From contig CAIRTQ010000094.1 of the NCBI GenBank assembly GCA_903881545.1, positions 1,479 to 65,478 of the forward strand: 64,000 nt of DNA, in the 5' to 3' direction. Both the position numbers and the translations under genes were made by a program. How positions within the stretch are numbered: the stretch's first letter is position 1; the number at the start of each line of letters is the position of its first letter. Shown here piece by piece: positions 21,501 through 30,963 of this stretch. Below the pieces are notes generated by a model. That model did not search any database. It was not told the origin of the DNA and saw only the letters and a list, made by a program, of their open reading frames with translations. The stretch comes from an uncultured Elusimicrobia bacterium. Its GTDB lineage: Bacteria > Elusimicrobiota > Elusimicrobia > UBA1565 > UBA9628.

Positions 21501-21953
21501 GGGCCGGGCAGCAACTTGCAGGGATTCTCCACGCGCTACCCGGCCGTCGGCACGGTCTATCTGGAGGTCTTCGGCTATAATCGGTACAGCCTCAGTTCCA
21601 ATCCGGTCGTGGCGGGCAGCACGGTGTCCTTGGGCCTCTCCAGTCCCATCAACCTGACCGCCAATGCGAGCGCCCTGACCGCGTACAACAATATCTTTAA
21701 TCCGGCGCTGGGCCAGAAGGCGACGATCCGCTACGAGCTGCAGACCGCGGGCCATGTCACGCTCAAGCTCTACACGCTCAACGGGAACCTGGTCGCCACC
21801 CTCCTGGATGCGGACGAACCCGTGGGTAAAGGCAATTCCGTGGATTGGGACGGCAGCAACCGCGCCGGAGTGCGGGTCGCCAGCGGGATCTATCTGCTGC
21901 ACATGCGCGGCCCGGGCATCTCCAAGACGCAGAAGATCGTCGTCGTGAAATAG
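18534..21953 (+). CDS. Secreted zinc metalloprotease (M4/M36 thermolysin/fungalysin-like: HEYTH ... EGNADYF) with a T9SS/FlgD-Ig-like C-terminal domain
   Basis: 1139 aa with a signal peptide, HExxH (HEYTHYVVQ) and a downstream E-G-x-x-D Glu ligand. The C-terminal 85 aa (IRYELQTAGHVTLKLYTLNGNLVATLLD...ASGIYLLHM...KIVVVK) match the Por/T9SS-type CTD fold. Confidence 0.7.
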   Translation: MRRNPNWSRSARVFAGAAFLVAAVAGAPEAWAIRVPAGAAVDARRFGLDQFRQPARHASSRRARAAFAAFNKSHGGRWNIRFDPVTGAASALVGGQGSPRPGKREDAARSFLAEQGELLDIDSAALSVEKVIPGKGHGHVLFRQTYRGIPVEFSRVKVHFDGRGAVTGLHSNFKPGLSLDVTPSITSAQAAAAVRRDAGVPPSSRGALVIFMDPRTAQARLAWKFTARSKQALWRYYIDALTGGVIFRYNDLRFACLSQGTISGQVYDVDPTSTPGPVVRPFNHERVYVVDASTFAETYNDSTNGQGFFCSSQSGAMFTQLQGPFVNVSNFRGPSAHFDNNGGLWRTVATPVSSPHPYPLNARLTSAVNVSDSNGETVVKVLPIFTKFMVGAVGSGNGQEANDITIDDSVSILDSFSNPVGAFIGSLGAFNGTAVAGASYSLRLKSGGSGTGQQYGYDVSSSSYLVLPSPSTVGNNLLTWTTDYTFPFPRVGTRMHSEMSLFYHLNLMHDFFTDGVVYDPLAPPASPDGLAPLYSPGVYASGAADINSAPVNALVLVGPNMAGPFYNPDDDNFIFGDGQDASPNDMQTDDATASHHEYTHYVVQKIWNIQNFGQAGAISEGNADYFAATSLNNSAIGSYLNGGTPLRDIDCQKPGVTCAVLCPTTSVTSNCNANWSGEIHTDAIFLSQARWDIRRDQIARLGAADGQACADGLMFQALTYFPESFQEYMDAMLDIDALGAVTACGGVGVANSSIVNNFSLHGLPFGAGNSGFESALDVSTMSSTSGAIYPAGAENFYTFAAGPGPIRIAMTLPPHRQPSDGYYMGYYLTLFSRNHEVVATAQPQLGSCDAVDCESLQQDVVLTYVNSSGGGGQFYLMVSAEYTADGSNSGANSLWPYTLDFSYVKAGAFTGGVAVHSFDNDIISFSVNVTTLGVAQTPNFTFAYAQLRDHNQSPLAETRTDVPGGYLTLVFSSAAGAAISGQLQLQQALGPGSNLQGFSTRYPAVGTVYLEVFGYNRYSLSSNPVVAGSTVSLGLSSPINLTANASALTAYNNIFNPALGQKATIRYELQTAGHVTLKLYTLNGNLVATLLDADEPVGKGNSVDWDGSNRAGVRVASGIYLLHMRGPGISKTQKIVVVK

Positions 21954-21973
21954 CTCCGGGCGCCGGAGCCCGC

Positions 21974-24900
21974 CTAGGCGGCGGGGCGCAGGGCCGCGGC
22001 CACGGGTTGGCCGCAGATCTCCAGTTCTTTGCGCGTGGCCGTGCCGTCCAGATCCGCGTCCAGCAGGCGGACCGCAAGGAGCTCCTCGGCGATGTGCTCG
22101 CGGTGCGCGGCGACGGCCTGGCGCAGTTTCGCGCTGGAGGTCGCCAGGCCCAGTTCCACGCGCTGGGTGACTTCCAGGCCCGCGTCCTTGCGCAGGACTT
22201 GCAGGTGGCGCACCAGGTCGCGCGCCAGGCCCTCCAGCTCCAACGGCTCGTCGATGGCCGTGTCGAGGGCCAAGGTGACTTCCCCCTCCGTCGCCACCTG
22301 TAGGCCGGGAGTCATCGCCTTCTCCCGCGTGAAGACGGCCGGCGGCAGGTAGGCTTCGTGGCCCGCGATGCGGCACGGCTGACCGGCGTCAAACTTTGCC
22401 ACCATTCCCGCCATGTCGGCGGCGGAGATTCCCTCCAGGAGCCCCTTGACCTTGCCCATGTCGCCCCGCAGGATCGGCCCCGCCGTGCGGAGATTGAGCG
22501 CGAGCTTGGGCATATAGAGAGACGCGGTATCGGAAAGGAACCGGACTTCCTTGACGTTGAGCTCGGAGAGCACGACCGGGAGCTGCTCCTGCAAGGCCCG
22601 GACCGCTTCCTCCGGCCCGTGCACCAATAGCGCCCGCAGGGGCTGGCGCACCCTTATATCGGCGTCCTCGCGCAGGTGCAGGGCCCGGCTGATGGCCCGG
22701 CGCGCCAAGGCCGTGCGTTCGAGGAGGCCCGGGTCGGCCCAGGATTGGGACGCGGCCGGCCAATCCGCGTGATGGACGGATTCCGGCGCGTCCGCGACGA
22801 GCGGCCGGACCGCGTTCTGCCATATCTCCTCGGTGATGAAGGGCGTGATGGGCGCCAAGACCTTGACCACGGCCTGCAAAGCCTGGTGCAGGGCCTGATA
22901 CGCCGCGGTCTTGTCCTGGGTGGCCCCGGACCGCCAGAAGCGGCGGCGGTTGATCCGGACATACCAGTTGGAGACGTCCTCCAGGTACTCGTCCACGGCG
23001 CGGACCACGGCGTTGACGGCGTAGCCGTCGTAGCCCTGCGCGGCCGCGGCCAGCAGTTCGTGGGTGCGCGCCAGCAGCCAGCGGTCCGCCACGGTGCAAG
23101 ACGAAGGCCGCACCGCGGCCTGCAAGTCCGGCTTGTCCACCAGCGCGTAGGTGACGAAGAAGACATAGATGTTCCAAAGGGCGCAGAGCTTGCGGCCGGC
23201 CAGCTCGCCGAGGTTGAAGCCGAAGCGCATCTCCAGGGCCACGGGCTGGGCGCAGTAGAGATAGCGCATGGCATCGGCGCCGAGCTTCTCCACGGCCTCG
23301 TCGAGATGGATCATGTGCCCGGTCTTCGAGAACTTGGTCCCTTCCTCCGAGATCATGCGCTCGTAGGCGAGCACTTTCTCATAAGGAGCCCGGTCGCTGA
23401 TGGTCACCCCCATGAACAGCATGGAGTAGAACCACAGCCGGACCTGCTCGCGCATCTCGCAGACCCATTCGATGGGGAATTGCTTCTCCCAGTTCGGCCG
23501 GTCGCTGAAATAGCCCAAGGTCGTGTAGGGCACGATGCCGGCGTCGAGCCAGCAGTCCCCCACCTCGACCTCCCGGCGCACCGGCTGGCCGCATTTCGGG
23601 CAGCGGATGGCGACCGAGTCGATCCAGGGCTTGTGCAGTTCCGGCAGGGCGTCCACCTGCGCCGGATCGACGGCCAGGGCGCGCAGTTCCTCGCGGGAGC
23701 CGGCCACGGTGAGTTCGCCGCAGGCGCAGGCGAAGAAGGGCAGGGGCATGCCCCAATAGCGTTTGCGGGAGATGCACCAATCCCCCATGTTTTCGAGCCA
23801 GTCCTCCATGCGCTTGCCCAGGTGTTCCGGCAGCCATTGCACGGCGGCGGCCGCTTTTTTGAGCCGGGGTTTGATGTCCGCAGTCTTGATGAACCATTCG
23901 TCCACCAGCCGGAAGATGACCTCGCTCTTGCAGCGCCAGCAGACCGGGTAGGAGTGGGTGTAGAGTTCGGCCTGGAGCAGCTTGCCGGCTTTCTCCAGCG
24001 CCTTGGCCACATCGTCGGCCACCTCGCCCGCGGCGCGCCCGGTCAGCCAGCCGAAGCCCTTGAGGAAGACCCCGTTGTCGTCGACGGGTCCGATGGCGCT
24101 CAGGCCCTGTTCCAGCCCCAGCTCGTGGTCCTCGCGGCCGCAGCCCGGGGCGATGTGCACGATGCCGGAGCCCTCCGCCGCGTCCACCGCGGCCCAGGGC
24201 ACGACCTTGTGGTCCACGCCCTTCTGCGCCTCGAATTCAGGGAAGAACGTCTCGTAGCGCAGGCCCAACAGCTCCCGGCCCGGGAACATCCGCTCCACCT
24301 TGGGCGCGAAGGGCTTGAGCTTGCCCAGGGCGTCCTTGCACAAGATGAGGCGGTGCGGCCATTTCGGCGAGGAGACCTCGCAGTACTGGAGGTCGGGGTT
24401 GACGGCCGCGGCCGTGTTGGATGAGAGGGTCCAGGGCGTGGTGGTCCACAGGAGCAGCCGCCGCTGGGGGTCGTCCTTGAGCGGCAGGTGGACGAAGACC
24501 GAGAGATGCTGGAGGTCCTTGTGTGCTCCCGACATCTCATGCTCGGAGAGGCTGGTGCCGCAGCGCGGGCACCAGGGCATGGGCAGGGCCTTGCGGGCGA
24601 GCCAGCCGTTCTCCTTGCAGAGCTTGAGAAAATGCCAGATGCCTAGGATGTTCCCGTCGTCGTGGGTATAATAGGAATGCTCCCAGTCCATCCATTGCCC
24701 CAGGCGCACGGATTGCTCGGTCTGGATGCGGGAGAACTTCTCCACGCGCTCCCGGCACTTGCGGGAGAAATTGGCGATGCCGAAGCGCTCGATGTCGGGC
24801 TTGCCTTTGAAGCCGAGTTCCTTCTCCACCTCGACCTCCAGCCAGAGGCCCTGGCAGTCGAAGCCGTTCTGATAGCGGCAGGAATGGCCGCGCATGGCCT

Positions 24901-25132
24901 GGTAGCGGAGGAAGGCGTCCTTGAGCGTGCGGCCCCAGGCGTGATGCACGCCCATGGGGTTGTTGGCCGTGATGGGTCCGTCGACGAAGCGGAACGGCGT
25001 CCCTTCCCGCCGCAGTTCGCGCAGCTTCTCGAAGGCGCGCCGCTGCTTCCAGAAGTCCAGGATGCGGCATTCTATGTCGACCAGCGCCGGCACGGCCGGC
25101 GCGGGGCGCATGGTCGGTTGGTCTTCGTTCAT
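21974..25132 (-). CDS. ileS: Isoleucyl-tRNA synthetase (type 2, long form)
   Basis: 1052 aa with the HIGH motif (P..NPMGVHHAWG) and KMSKS (KFSKT). IleRS-like sequence. Confidence 0.9.
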   Translation of the reverse strand: MNEDQPTMRPAPAVPALVDIECRILDFWKQRRAFEKLRELRREGTPFRFVDGPITANNPMGVHHAWGRTLKDAFLRYQAMRGHSCRYQNGFDCQGLWLEVEVEKELGFKGKPDIERFGIANFSRKCRERVEKFSRIQTEQSVRLGQWMDWEHSYYTHDDGNILGIWHFLKLCKENGWLARKALPMPWCPRCGTSLSEHEMSGAHKDLQHLSVFVHLPLKDDPQRRLLLWTTTPWTLSSNTAAAVNPDLQYCEVSSPKWPHRLILCKDALGKLKPFAPKVERMFPGRELLGLRYETFFPEFEAQKGVDHKVVPWAAVDAAEGSGIVHIAPGCGREDHELGLEQGLSAIGPVDDNGVFLKGFGWLTGRAAGEVADDVAKALEKAGKLLQAELYTHSYPVCWRCKSEVIFRLVDEWFIKTADIKPRLKKAAAAVQWLPEHLGKRMEDWLENMGDWCISRKRYWGMPLPFFACACGELTVAGSREELRALAVDPAQVDALPELHKPWIDSVAIRCPKCGQPVRREVEVGDCWLDAGIVPYTTLGYFSDRPNWEKQFPIEWVCEMREQVRLWFYSMLFMGVTISDRAPYEKVLAYERMISEEGTKFSKTGHMIHLDEAVEKLGADAMRYLYCAQPVALEMRFGFNLGELAGRKLCALWNIYVFFVTYALVDKPDLQAAVRPSSCTVADRWLLARTHELLAAAAQGYDGYAVNAVVRAVDEYLEDVSNWYVRINRRRFWRSGATQDKTAAYQALHQALQAVVKVLAPITPFITEEIWQNAVRPLVADAPESVHHADWPAASQSWADPGLLERTALARRAISRALHLREDADIRVRQPLRALLVHGPEEAVRALQEQLPVVLSELNVKEVRFLSDTASLYMPKLALNLRTAGPILRGDMGKVKGLLEGISAADMAGMVAKFDAGQPCRIAGHEAYLPPAVFTREKAMTPGLQVATEGEVTLALDTAIDEPLELEGLARDLVRHLQVLRKDAGLEVTQRVELGLATSSAKLRQAVAAHREHIAEELLAVRLLDADLDGTATRKELEICGQPVAAALRPAA

Positions 25133-25151
25133 GGGGCTGGGGATAAAGTGG

Positions 25152-25224
25152 TGGGCGGACCGGGATTCGAACCCGGTACCTCCGTGTTATCAGCACGGCG
25201 CTCTACCAACTGAGCTATCCGCCC
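25152..25224 (-). tRNA. tRNA-Ile (anticodon GAT)
   Basis: Reverse complement GGGCGGATAGCTCAGTTGGTAGAGCGCCGTGCTGATAACACGG...GGTTCGAATCCCGGTCCGCCCA. Anticodon loop CT-GAT-AA. Confidence 0.85.
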
Positions 25225-25297
25225 GTACGCATCTTCCGAAAAACGAGAAGCCATTGTACAAAATTTCTGAACCGCGGTTTTTTACTATAATGAAATC

Positions 25298-25735
25298 ATG
25301 ACGGATGGAGAAGCGGGGCCGCGCCAGAAGAGCATCCTCGTCGTTGACGACGATGCCGACGTGCGCCGGGGCCTCGCGATGCTGCTGGGAGGCGAGTACG
25401 AGGTCCGGGAAGCCGCGGATGGAGAGTCCTGCCTGCGCGCCGTGGCGCAGGCTTGCCCCGACCTGGTCCTTCTCGACGTGGCGATGCCCGGGATGACGGG
25501 CATCGAGGTGCTGCGCCAGATGCGTTCCAGATGCCCGAATACTCCCGTCCTCATGCTGACCGCGCAGACGGATATCGGCCTGGCCAAGCAGGCTCTGGAT
25601 CTGGGCGCCACGGCGTATATCACCAAACCCTTCGATTTCGGCGAACTGCGCGTGGAAGTGCGGCGCATCTTTGCAGGACCCTCCCCGGAAAACGGCAGCC
25701 AAGGTTACCGTCCTTGGCGCGTGACCGGTTCCTGA
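25298..25735 (+). CDS. Stand-alone response-regulator receiver domain protein (CheY-like)
   Basis: 145 aa with DD...D57-like (VLLDVAMPGMTG), T/K motifs. TATAAT 6 nt before the ATG (leaderless-type). Confidence 0.8.
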   Translation: MTDGEAGPRQKSILVVDDDADVRRGLAMLLGGEYEVREAADGESCLRAVAQACPDLVLLDVAMPGMTGIEVLRQMRSRCPNTPVLMLTAQTDIGLAKQALDLGATAYITKPFDFGELRVEVRRIFAGPSPENGSQGYRPWRVTGS

Positions 25736-25771
25736 CAATCCCCCGTCCCCTTCTTCCTTGATTCCTGCGAA

Positions 25772-26467
25772 CTAAAGGGTCTTCAGCGTGACGTGGATCT
25801 TAAGGAAGGGGTCCTTGAATCCCCGGGGCAGAGGCGGATAGGGCGCCCCGTCCTGGACCGCGCTCAACGCGGTCAGGTCGAAAGCGGAGTCCCCCGCGCT
25901 TTCCTCGGTGCGCAGGTCCACGATGCCGCCGTTGCGCAGCAAGGTGAAGACCACCACGCATTCGCCCGTATCCTTGGGCATGCGCGCCGACCATTGGTTC
26001 CAAAGGATCTGGCGGATCTGGCTGATGTACCAGGGATATGGGAAATTGGGCAGGTCCGTGGCGACGCCCGCCTGGCCGGGCGTCCCCGCCGGCGCTCCGT
26101 TGCCGGGAGCGGATCGCGCGGCGGAGGCCGGGGCCGCCGCGCGATCCGGCGCGGCAGGAGCGCGCTTTTCATGCCAGCCGCGCAGGAGGCTGGGCCTGGG
26201 CAACGGGGCGCTGCGGTGCCGGCGAGTCGCGAATTCCGCAGCCTCGGACCGGGGCGCCGGCGCGGCGGCCGGCTTTCCCGGCTGGGCCAGGCCGGCGCTG
26301 TCGATGATGAGCGCGGACGGCCCCACGAAATCGATCATGTAGACCGCGGCGGTCTTGGCCGTCACGCCGCGATAGAGCATCAGCGCCAGGGCCGCCCCGC
26401 TCAGGTGCAGGCCCAGGGAATAGGTCAGGTAGGGCCGCAGGCCGGCCGGGGCCGGGCGAACGCTCAC
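25772..26467 (-). CDS. tonB: TonB-family energy transducer (N-terminal TM, Pro/Ala-rich linker, TonB C-terminal domain)
   Basis: 231 aa from a GTG that overlaps the exbD TGA as GTGA. C-terminal domain (PNFPYPWYISQIRQILW...VVVFTLLRNGGIVDLR). The long upstream ORF extension is spurious. Confidence 0.7.
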   Translation of the reverse strand: MSVRPAPAGLRPYLTYSLGLHLSGAALALMLYRGVTAKTAAVYMIDFVGPSALIIDSAGLAQPGKPAAAPAPRSEAAEFATRRHRSAPLPRPSLLRGWHEKRAPAAPDRAAAPASAARSAPGNGAPAGTPGQAGVATDLPNFPYPWYISQIRQILWNQWSARMPKDTGECVVVFTLLRNGGIVDLRTEESAGDSAFDLTALSAVQDGAPYPPLPRGFKDPFLKIHVTLKTL

Positions 26468-26880
26468 GGCTTGGGCTCGTTCTGGCCGGTGACTCCGATG
26501 CCGAGCTTGCCCACGCCCAGGCGCTTGGCCGTGTCCAGGACGATGACCACCTTCTCCACCGCGACGTTGCGGTCCGCTTGGACCAGCAAGGTCTTCTGCG
26601 CGGATCTCGGGCAGAGCAGGGCCAGTTCCCGCTCCAGGTCGTCCCATCTGACCGGCCGGCCTTCCACGAGCACGGCCCCGGAGCGGCTGACCTGAACGTT
26701 GACCGTCGTGTCCGCTGCCGCCGGGGTCCCGGATTGGGCCCGAGGCAGCTTCACGGTGAGCTGGGATTGCACGAGTATGGGGGTGAGCACCATGAAGATA
26801 ATGACCAGGATGAGCGAGATGTCGATGAGCGGGATGAGGTTCATCTCGGCGAAGGTCCGGCGGCCGGGAGCGGCTTTCAT
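26464..26880 (-). CDS. exbD: Biopolymer transport protein ExbD/TolR
   Basis: 138 aa with a single TM and an ExbD-like sequence (NLIPLIDISLILVIIFMV). Confidence 0.85.
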   Translation of the reverse strand: MKAAPGRRTFAEMNLIPLIDISLILVIIFMVLTPILVQSQLTVKLPRAQSGTPAAADTTVNVQVSRSGAVLVEGRPVRWDDLERELALLCPRSAQKTLLVQADRNVAVEKVVIVLDTAKRLGVGKLGIGVTGQNEPKP

Positions 26881-27503
26881 TTCTGCGCTCCGACCGTGAG
26901 GCGGTCGAGGATGTCGTCGCTGGCCCAGCCCATCTCGTCGCCGAACCGGGCGGCTTGGTGGTTGAGGTAGTTATAGGCCGCGACGGCCGGGATGGCCACG
27001 AAGATGCCGGCCGCGGTGCACACCAAGGCCTCGGAGATGCCGATGGCGACGATGCCGGGCCCGGCGCCCGCGGCTCCGGCCAGGTCGCGGAAGGCGCGCA
27101 TGACGCCGATGACCGTGCCGAAGAGCCCGATGAACGGCGAGACGGTGGCGATGGTGCCCAGCGCGGTCGTGCCGCGCTGGAGCTGGGCGACGGCCTGGAC
27201 GACGCAGCGGTCGACGGCGCGCCGGCGCTCGTCCCGGCTGGTCGAGCCGGCCAGGCTGGCGGCGAGGATGGGCGCGGCGAGGCCTGGATGCTTTTGGCAG
27301 AGTTGGACTGCCTGGGCGAGTTCGCCGGCCGCCAGGGCCTGGCGCAGCTGTTCCAGGAGCGGGTCCAGCCCATGGGTGGCGCGCCGCAGGGCGCGCCAGC
27401 GCTGCCATATGAGCGCGATGGAGTAGATGGAGAGCGCGATGAGCAGCCACAAAGTGACGCCGCCCGAGACGAGGATGTCCTTGACGCTGACATGGAAGGT
27501 CAT
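26877..27503 (-). CDS. exbB: MotA/TolQ/ExbB proton-channel protein
   Basis: 208 aa with 3 TM segments and the conserved C-terminal region (LGTIATVSPFIGLFGTVIGVMRAF). Confidence 0.85.
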   Translation of the reverse strand: MTFHVSVKDILVSGGVTLWLLIALSIYSIALIWQRWRALRRATHGLDPLLEQLRQALAAGELAQAVQLCQKHPGLAAPILAASLAGSTSRDERRRAVDRCVVQAVAQLQRGTTALGTIATVSPFIGLFGTVIGVMRAFRDLAGAAGAGPGIVAIGISEALVCTAAGIFVAIPAVAAYNYLNHQAARFGDEMGWASDDILDRLTVGAQK

Positions 27504-27556
27504 GGCCAGATTATGTCAAATCGCCGCCGGTGATTCAATTTTGGTAGACTTGCCCG

Positions 27557-28627
27557 ATGAGCCCGGCGGCGGCCCTCATAGCGCTGTCCGTGACGGCCGC
27601 TCCGGCGTTGGCGATGGATGCGGCCGTGTCCTTCAGTATCGAGCCCCCTCCGGGATGGTCCCAACAGTCGTCCTCCGGCGACGGGGGCCAGATCCTGGCG
27701 CTCAAGGGGCCCGAGCAGAGTTCCTTCGTCCTGACGCGCATCGCGCCGGTGAGCTGGGAGAATCGCGCCGCCGTGCGCGGACTGCTGACCGAAGCCGTCA
27801 ACGGCGTCAACGCCCGTGAGCGTCTGGGCTACCGGGCGGCCGCGAATCTGGAGACCGCCACCTACGGCAACGGCTTGACTGCCCGATTCCTCCGTGCCGA
27901 TATCGACGGCAGGCCACGCCTGGCTCTGGCGGTCATGGAGCTCGACGGCGTCTACCTGCTCGGCACCTTGCGCAGCGCGGTGCCCGACACCTTGCTGCCC
28001 GCGATCCTGGGCGCGTTGAAAGGATCCGGCGTGCCGGCCGCCGCAGTTTCGGGCGCGGCGCTGAGCCGCGATGGGGAGCTGAGCTTCCGTCTTCCCGCCG
28101 GGGTGCGGCCCCGGCCGCCTTCGGAGCAGGAATTGAAGGCGGGGTGCGTGGCGGTCTTGTCCGGCCCGGGCGCCCAGCTGCTGGTCATGAAACTGACTGA
28201 CGACGACACGCCGGCCCAGCGACGGGCCGCGGTCGTCAAGAGCACGGTCCGGGCCGGCCCGGGCGTGGATCCCAAGAGCGCCGGTCCCGTCGAGTACCTG
28301 CTGAGCTCGGCCGGTCCGGACTTCATCTACGCCGTGGCGCGCTGCGCGGACGCCGCGGGGCCGAGCCTGTATCTGGCCGGCTATATGCCCTGGGGCTACT
28401 GGGGTTATTCTTTCCTCGCCAAGGGGCCGCAGGCGCCGGAGATGACCAGGGAGCTGTTGAGCTCCCTGTCTCTCGGGCCGTCGGCCGTTCCCAAGCTGGT
28501 CGCGGCGTCGCCCCGGCTGTCGGTGCGGCGGGACTTGAGCTGGGTCGCCTCTTGGTCGAGCAATCTTATTCTGGCGCTGCTGGCGGTCGTGGTGGTCTGG
28601 TTCTGGTGGCGCAACCGGGGGGATTGA
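27557..28627 (+). CDS. Hypothetical exported protein with a C-terminal TM anchor, first gene of the MoxR operon
   Basis: 356 aa with a signal peptide and a C-terminal hydrophobic segment ([15 protein letters not shown]). It ends 5 nt before moxR. Confidence 0.45.
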   Translation: MSPAAALIALSVTAAPALAMDAAVSFSIEPPPGWSQQSSSGDGGQILALKGPEQSSFVLTRIAPVSWENRAAVRGLLTEAVNGVNARERLGYRAAANLETATYGNGLTARFLRADIDGRPRLALAVMELDGVYLLGTLRSAVPDTLLPAILGALKGSGVPAAAVSGAALSRDGELSFRLPAGVRPRPPSEQELKAGCVAVLSGPGAQLLVMKLTDDDTPAQRRAAVVKSTVRAGPGVDPKSAGPVEYLLSSAGPDFIYAVARCADAAGPSLYLAGYMPWGYWGYSFLAKGPQAPEMTRELLSSLSLGPSAVPKLVAASPRLSVRRDLSWVASWSSNLILALLAVVVVWFWWRNRGD

Positions 28628-28631
28628 GAGC

Positions 28632-29624
28632 ATGGGTCATATCGCTACAGAGGGCGACGTGCAGGCCGCCGAGCGGCTGGGGCAGGCCAAGGCGGATATG
28701 CTGCGCGGCATCCGTTCGGTCATCATCGGTCAGGAGCAGGTGATCGAGGAGATCCTGATCGCGCTCTTCGCGCGCGGGCATTGCCTGCTCGAAGGCGTGC
28801 CCGGTCTGGCCAAGACCTTGATGATATCGAGCCTGGCGCGGCTCCTGGATCTGAAGTTCTCACGCATCCAGTTCACGCCGGACCTGATGCCTTCGGACTT
28901 GACGGGAACCGAGATCCTGCACGAAGACCCTCAGACCCGGCAGCGCACCTTCCGCTTCCTGCCGGGGCCGATCTTCGCCAACATGATCCTCGCCGATGAG
29001 ATCAACCGCACCCCGCCCAAGACCCAGTCCGCGGTGCTCGAGGCGATGCAGGAGAACCAGGTGACGTCGGCCGGCGCGACCCGGCCCTTGCCGCGGCCCT
29101 TCTTCGTGATGGCGACGCGCAATCCCATCGAGCAGGAGGGCACCTACCCTCTGCCCGAGGCCCAGCTCGACCGTTTCTTCCTGCAGATCGCGGTGGACTA
29201 CCCGTCGGCCGACGAGGAGCGCCGCATCGTGACGGAAACGACGGGGGACAAGGAGGTGCGGCTGACGCCGGTGCTGGGCGCCGCCGAGGTCGTGGCTCTG
29301 CAGGACCTGGTGCGCCGGGTCCCGGCGCCGGATTCGGCCGTGGACTATGCGGTGCGTCTGGCGCGGCGGACCCGGCCGGAGGCGGCGGGCGCCCCCGACG
29401 AGGTGAAGAAGTGGGTGGCTTGGGGCGCGGGGCCGCGGGCCAGCCAGGCTTTGGTGGTGGGGGCCAAGGCACGGGCCTTGCTGAACGGGCGCTTCGCTGC
29501 TTGTCTTGACGACGTGAAGGCCGTGGCCAAGCCGGTCCTGCGGCATCGCTTGGTGCTCAATTTTCAGGCCGAAGCGGAAGGGGTCAAGGCGGACTCCCTG
29601 GTCGAGCGGCTCCTGAGGGACTGA
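28632..29624 (+). CDS. moxR: MoxR-family AAA+ ATPase
   Basis: 330 aa with Walker A (GVPGLAKT), Walker B (ILADEINR) and a MoxR-like sequence throughout. Confidence 0.85.
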   Translation: MGHIATEGDVQAAERLGQAKADMLRGIRSVIIGQEQVIEEILIALFARGHCLLEGVPGLAKTLMISSLARLLDLKFSRIQFTPDLMPSDLTGTEILHEDPQTRQRTFRFLPGPIFANMILADEINRTPPKTQSAVLEAMQENQVTSAGATRPLPRPFFVMATRNPIEQEGTYPLPEAQLDRFFLQIAVDYPSADEERRIVTETTGDKEVRLTPVLGAAEVVALQDLVRRVPAPDSAVDYAVRLARRTRPEAAGAPDEVKKWVAWGAGPRASQALVVGAKARALLNGRFAACLDDVKAVAKPVLRHRLVLNFQAEAEGVKADSLVERLLRD

Positions 29625-29629
29625 GCCGG

Positions 29630-30946
29630 ATGAGGATCTTCAGTTTGGACGGCCATAGGACGAACGTCCGCACCGAGCTGGCGGCCGGCCTGACCACTTT
29701 CCTGACCATGGCCTACATCATCTTCGTCCAGCCGCAGGTTCTGGGCGCGGCGGGGATGAACGAAGGGGCGGTCTTCACGGCGACCTGCCTGGCCAGTGCC
29801 CTGGGTTGCTTCCTCATGGGCTTGCTGGCGAATTATCCCATCGCCCAGGCTCCGCTCATGGGCGAGAATTTTTTCTTCACCTACACGGTCGTCCTAGGGA
29901 TGGGCGTCACATGGCAGCGGGCCTTGGCCCTGATCCTCATCTCGGGCCTCGTGTTCTTGGTCTTGACCCTGACCAAGATGCGCGAGGCCTTGGTGAACTG
30001 CGTGCCGGCGTCTTTGAAATTGGCCATCGCCGCCGGCATCGGCCTGTTCGTGGCGCTCATCGGCTTGCAAGGGGCGGGCCTGGTGATCGCGAATCCTTCC
30101 ACCTTGGTCAAATTGGGGCCGATCACGGCCAAGCCGGTGCTCTTGGCCCTCTTCGGCTTCGGCGTGACCGCCGCCCTGTCCGTGAGGAAGGTGCGCGGCG
30201 CGATCCTGGCCGGGATATTGTCCACGGCAGTCCTGGGATCCTGTCTGGGCCTGGTGAAGTTCAACGGTGTCTTCAGCGCGCCGCCGTCCTTGGCTCCGAC
30301 CTTCTTCAAGTTCGACCTGACGGGACTGCTCTCGTGGAATTCGGCCTCGATCGTGATCATCTTCCTCTTCATGACTCTTTTCGACACGCTGGGAACCTTG
30401 GTGGGCGTGGCCGTGCAAGCCGGGCTGTTGGTGGATGGGAAACTGCCCCGGGCGTCGCGGGCCCTTTTGTGCGACGCGGTCTCCACGACGGCGGGCGCGT
30501 GTCTGGGCACGTCCACGGTCTCCAGCTACATCGAGAGCGCGACGGGCGTGGCGCAGGGCGGCCGGACGGGTCTGACCGCGGTGACGGTGGGGGTTCTGTT
30601 CCTGGCAAGCCTGTTCTTCTCTCCGCTCGTGCGGTCGGTGAGCGCGGGTATGGCTTTGGACGCTCGCACCTTCATCCATCCGGTGACGGCGCCGGCCTTG
30701 ATCCTGGTGGGCGCGCTCATGATGGGCGTGGTCAAGAGGATCGCTTGGGACGATCTGACCGAGGGCCTGCCCGCGTTCTTGACCATCGCCACGATCCCTT
30801 TCACCTTCAACATCGCCGACGGGATCGCCGCAGGCTTTGTGAGCTATCCCATGCTCAAGGCCTGCGCAGGCAAAGGGCGCGAGGTCCCGGCGCTGATGTG
30901 GGTGCTGGCGGCGGTCTTCTTGCTGCGCTACGCTTTCTTGGCGTAG
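29630..30946 (+). CDS. NCS2-family nucleobase permease (AzgA / guanine-hypoxanthine permease-like)
   Basis: 438 aa. The N-terminus (LAAGLTTFLTMAYIIFVQPQVLGAAGM) aligns with AzgA/PbuG-type permeases. About 12 TM segments. Confidence 0.8.
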   Translation: MRIFSLDGHRTNVRTELAAGLTTFLTMAYIIFVQPQVLGAAGMNEGAVFTATCLASALGCFLMGLLANYPIAQAPLMGENFFFTYTVVLGMGVTWQRALALILISGLVFLVLTLTKMREALVNCVPASLKLAIAAGIGLFVALIGLQGAGLVIANPSTLVKLGPITAKPVLLALFGFGVTAALSVRKVRGAILAGILSTAVLGSCLGLVKFNGVFSAPPSLAPTFFKFDLTGLLSWNSASIVIIFLFMTLFDTLGTLVGVAVQAGLLVDGKLPRASRALLCDAVSTTAGACLGTSTVSSYIESATGVAQGGRTGLTAVTVGVLFLASLFFSPLVRSVSAGMALDARTFIHPVTAPALILVGALMMGVVKRIAWDDLTEGLPAFLTIATIPFTFNIADGIAAGFVSYPMLKACAGKGREVPALMWVLAAVFLLRYAFLA

Positions 30947-30963
30947 AGCAGCCTCGGCGCCGC

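Noticed and set aside
21954-21973. Short GC hairpins between the convergent metalloprotease and ileS genes, considered as a bidirectional terminator
   Set aside because: Stems are short (7 bp and 4-5 bp) and there is no U-tract on either strand. Not enough support to call.
25230-25297. Possible small ncRNA between tRNA-Ile and the receiver gene
   Set aside because: The AT-rich stretch is better explained as the promoter (TATAAT 6 nt before the ATG) of the receiver gene. No convincing structure.
26468-27493. N-terminal 340 aa of the 573-aa ORF 25772..27493 (upstream of tonB)
   Set aside because: Ser/Pro/Arg-rich out-of-frame overlap of exbB/exbD. The real tonB starts at the GTG at 26467 overlapping the exbD stop.
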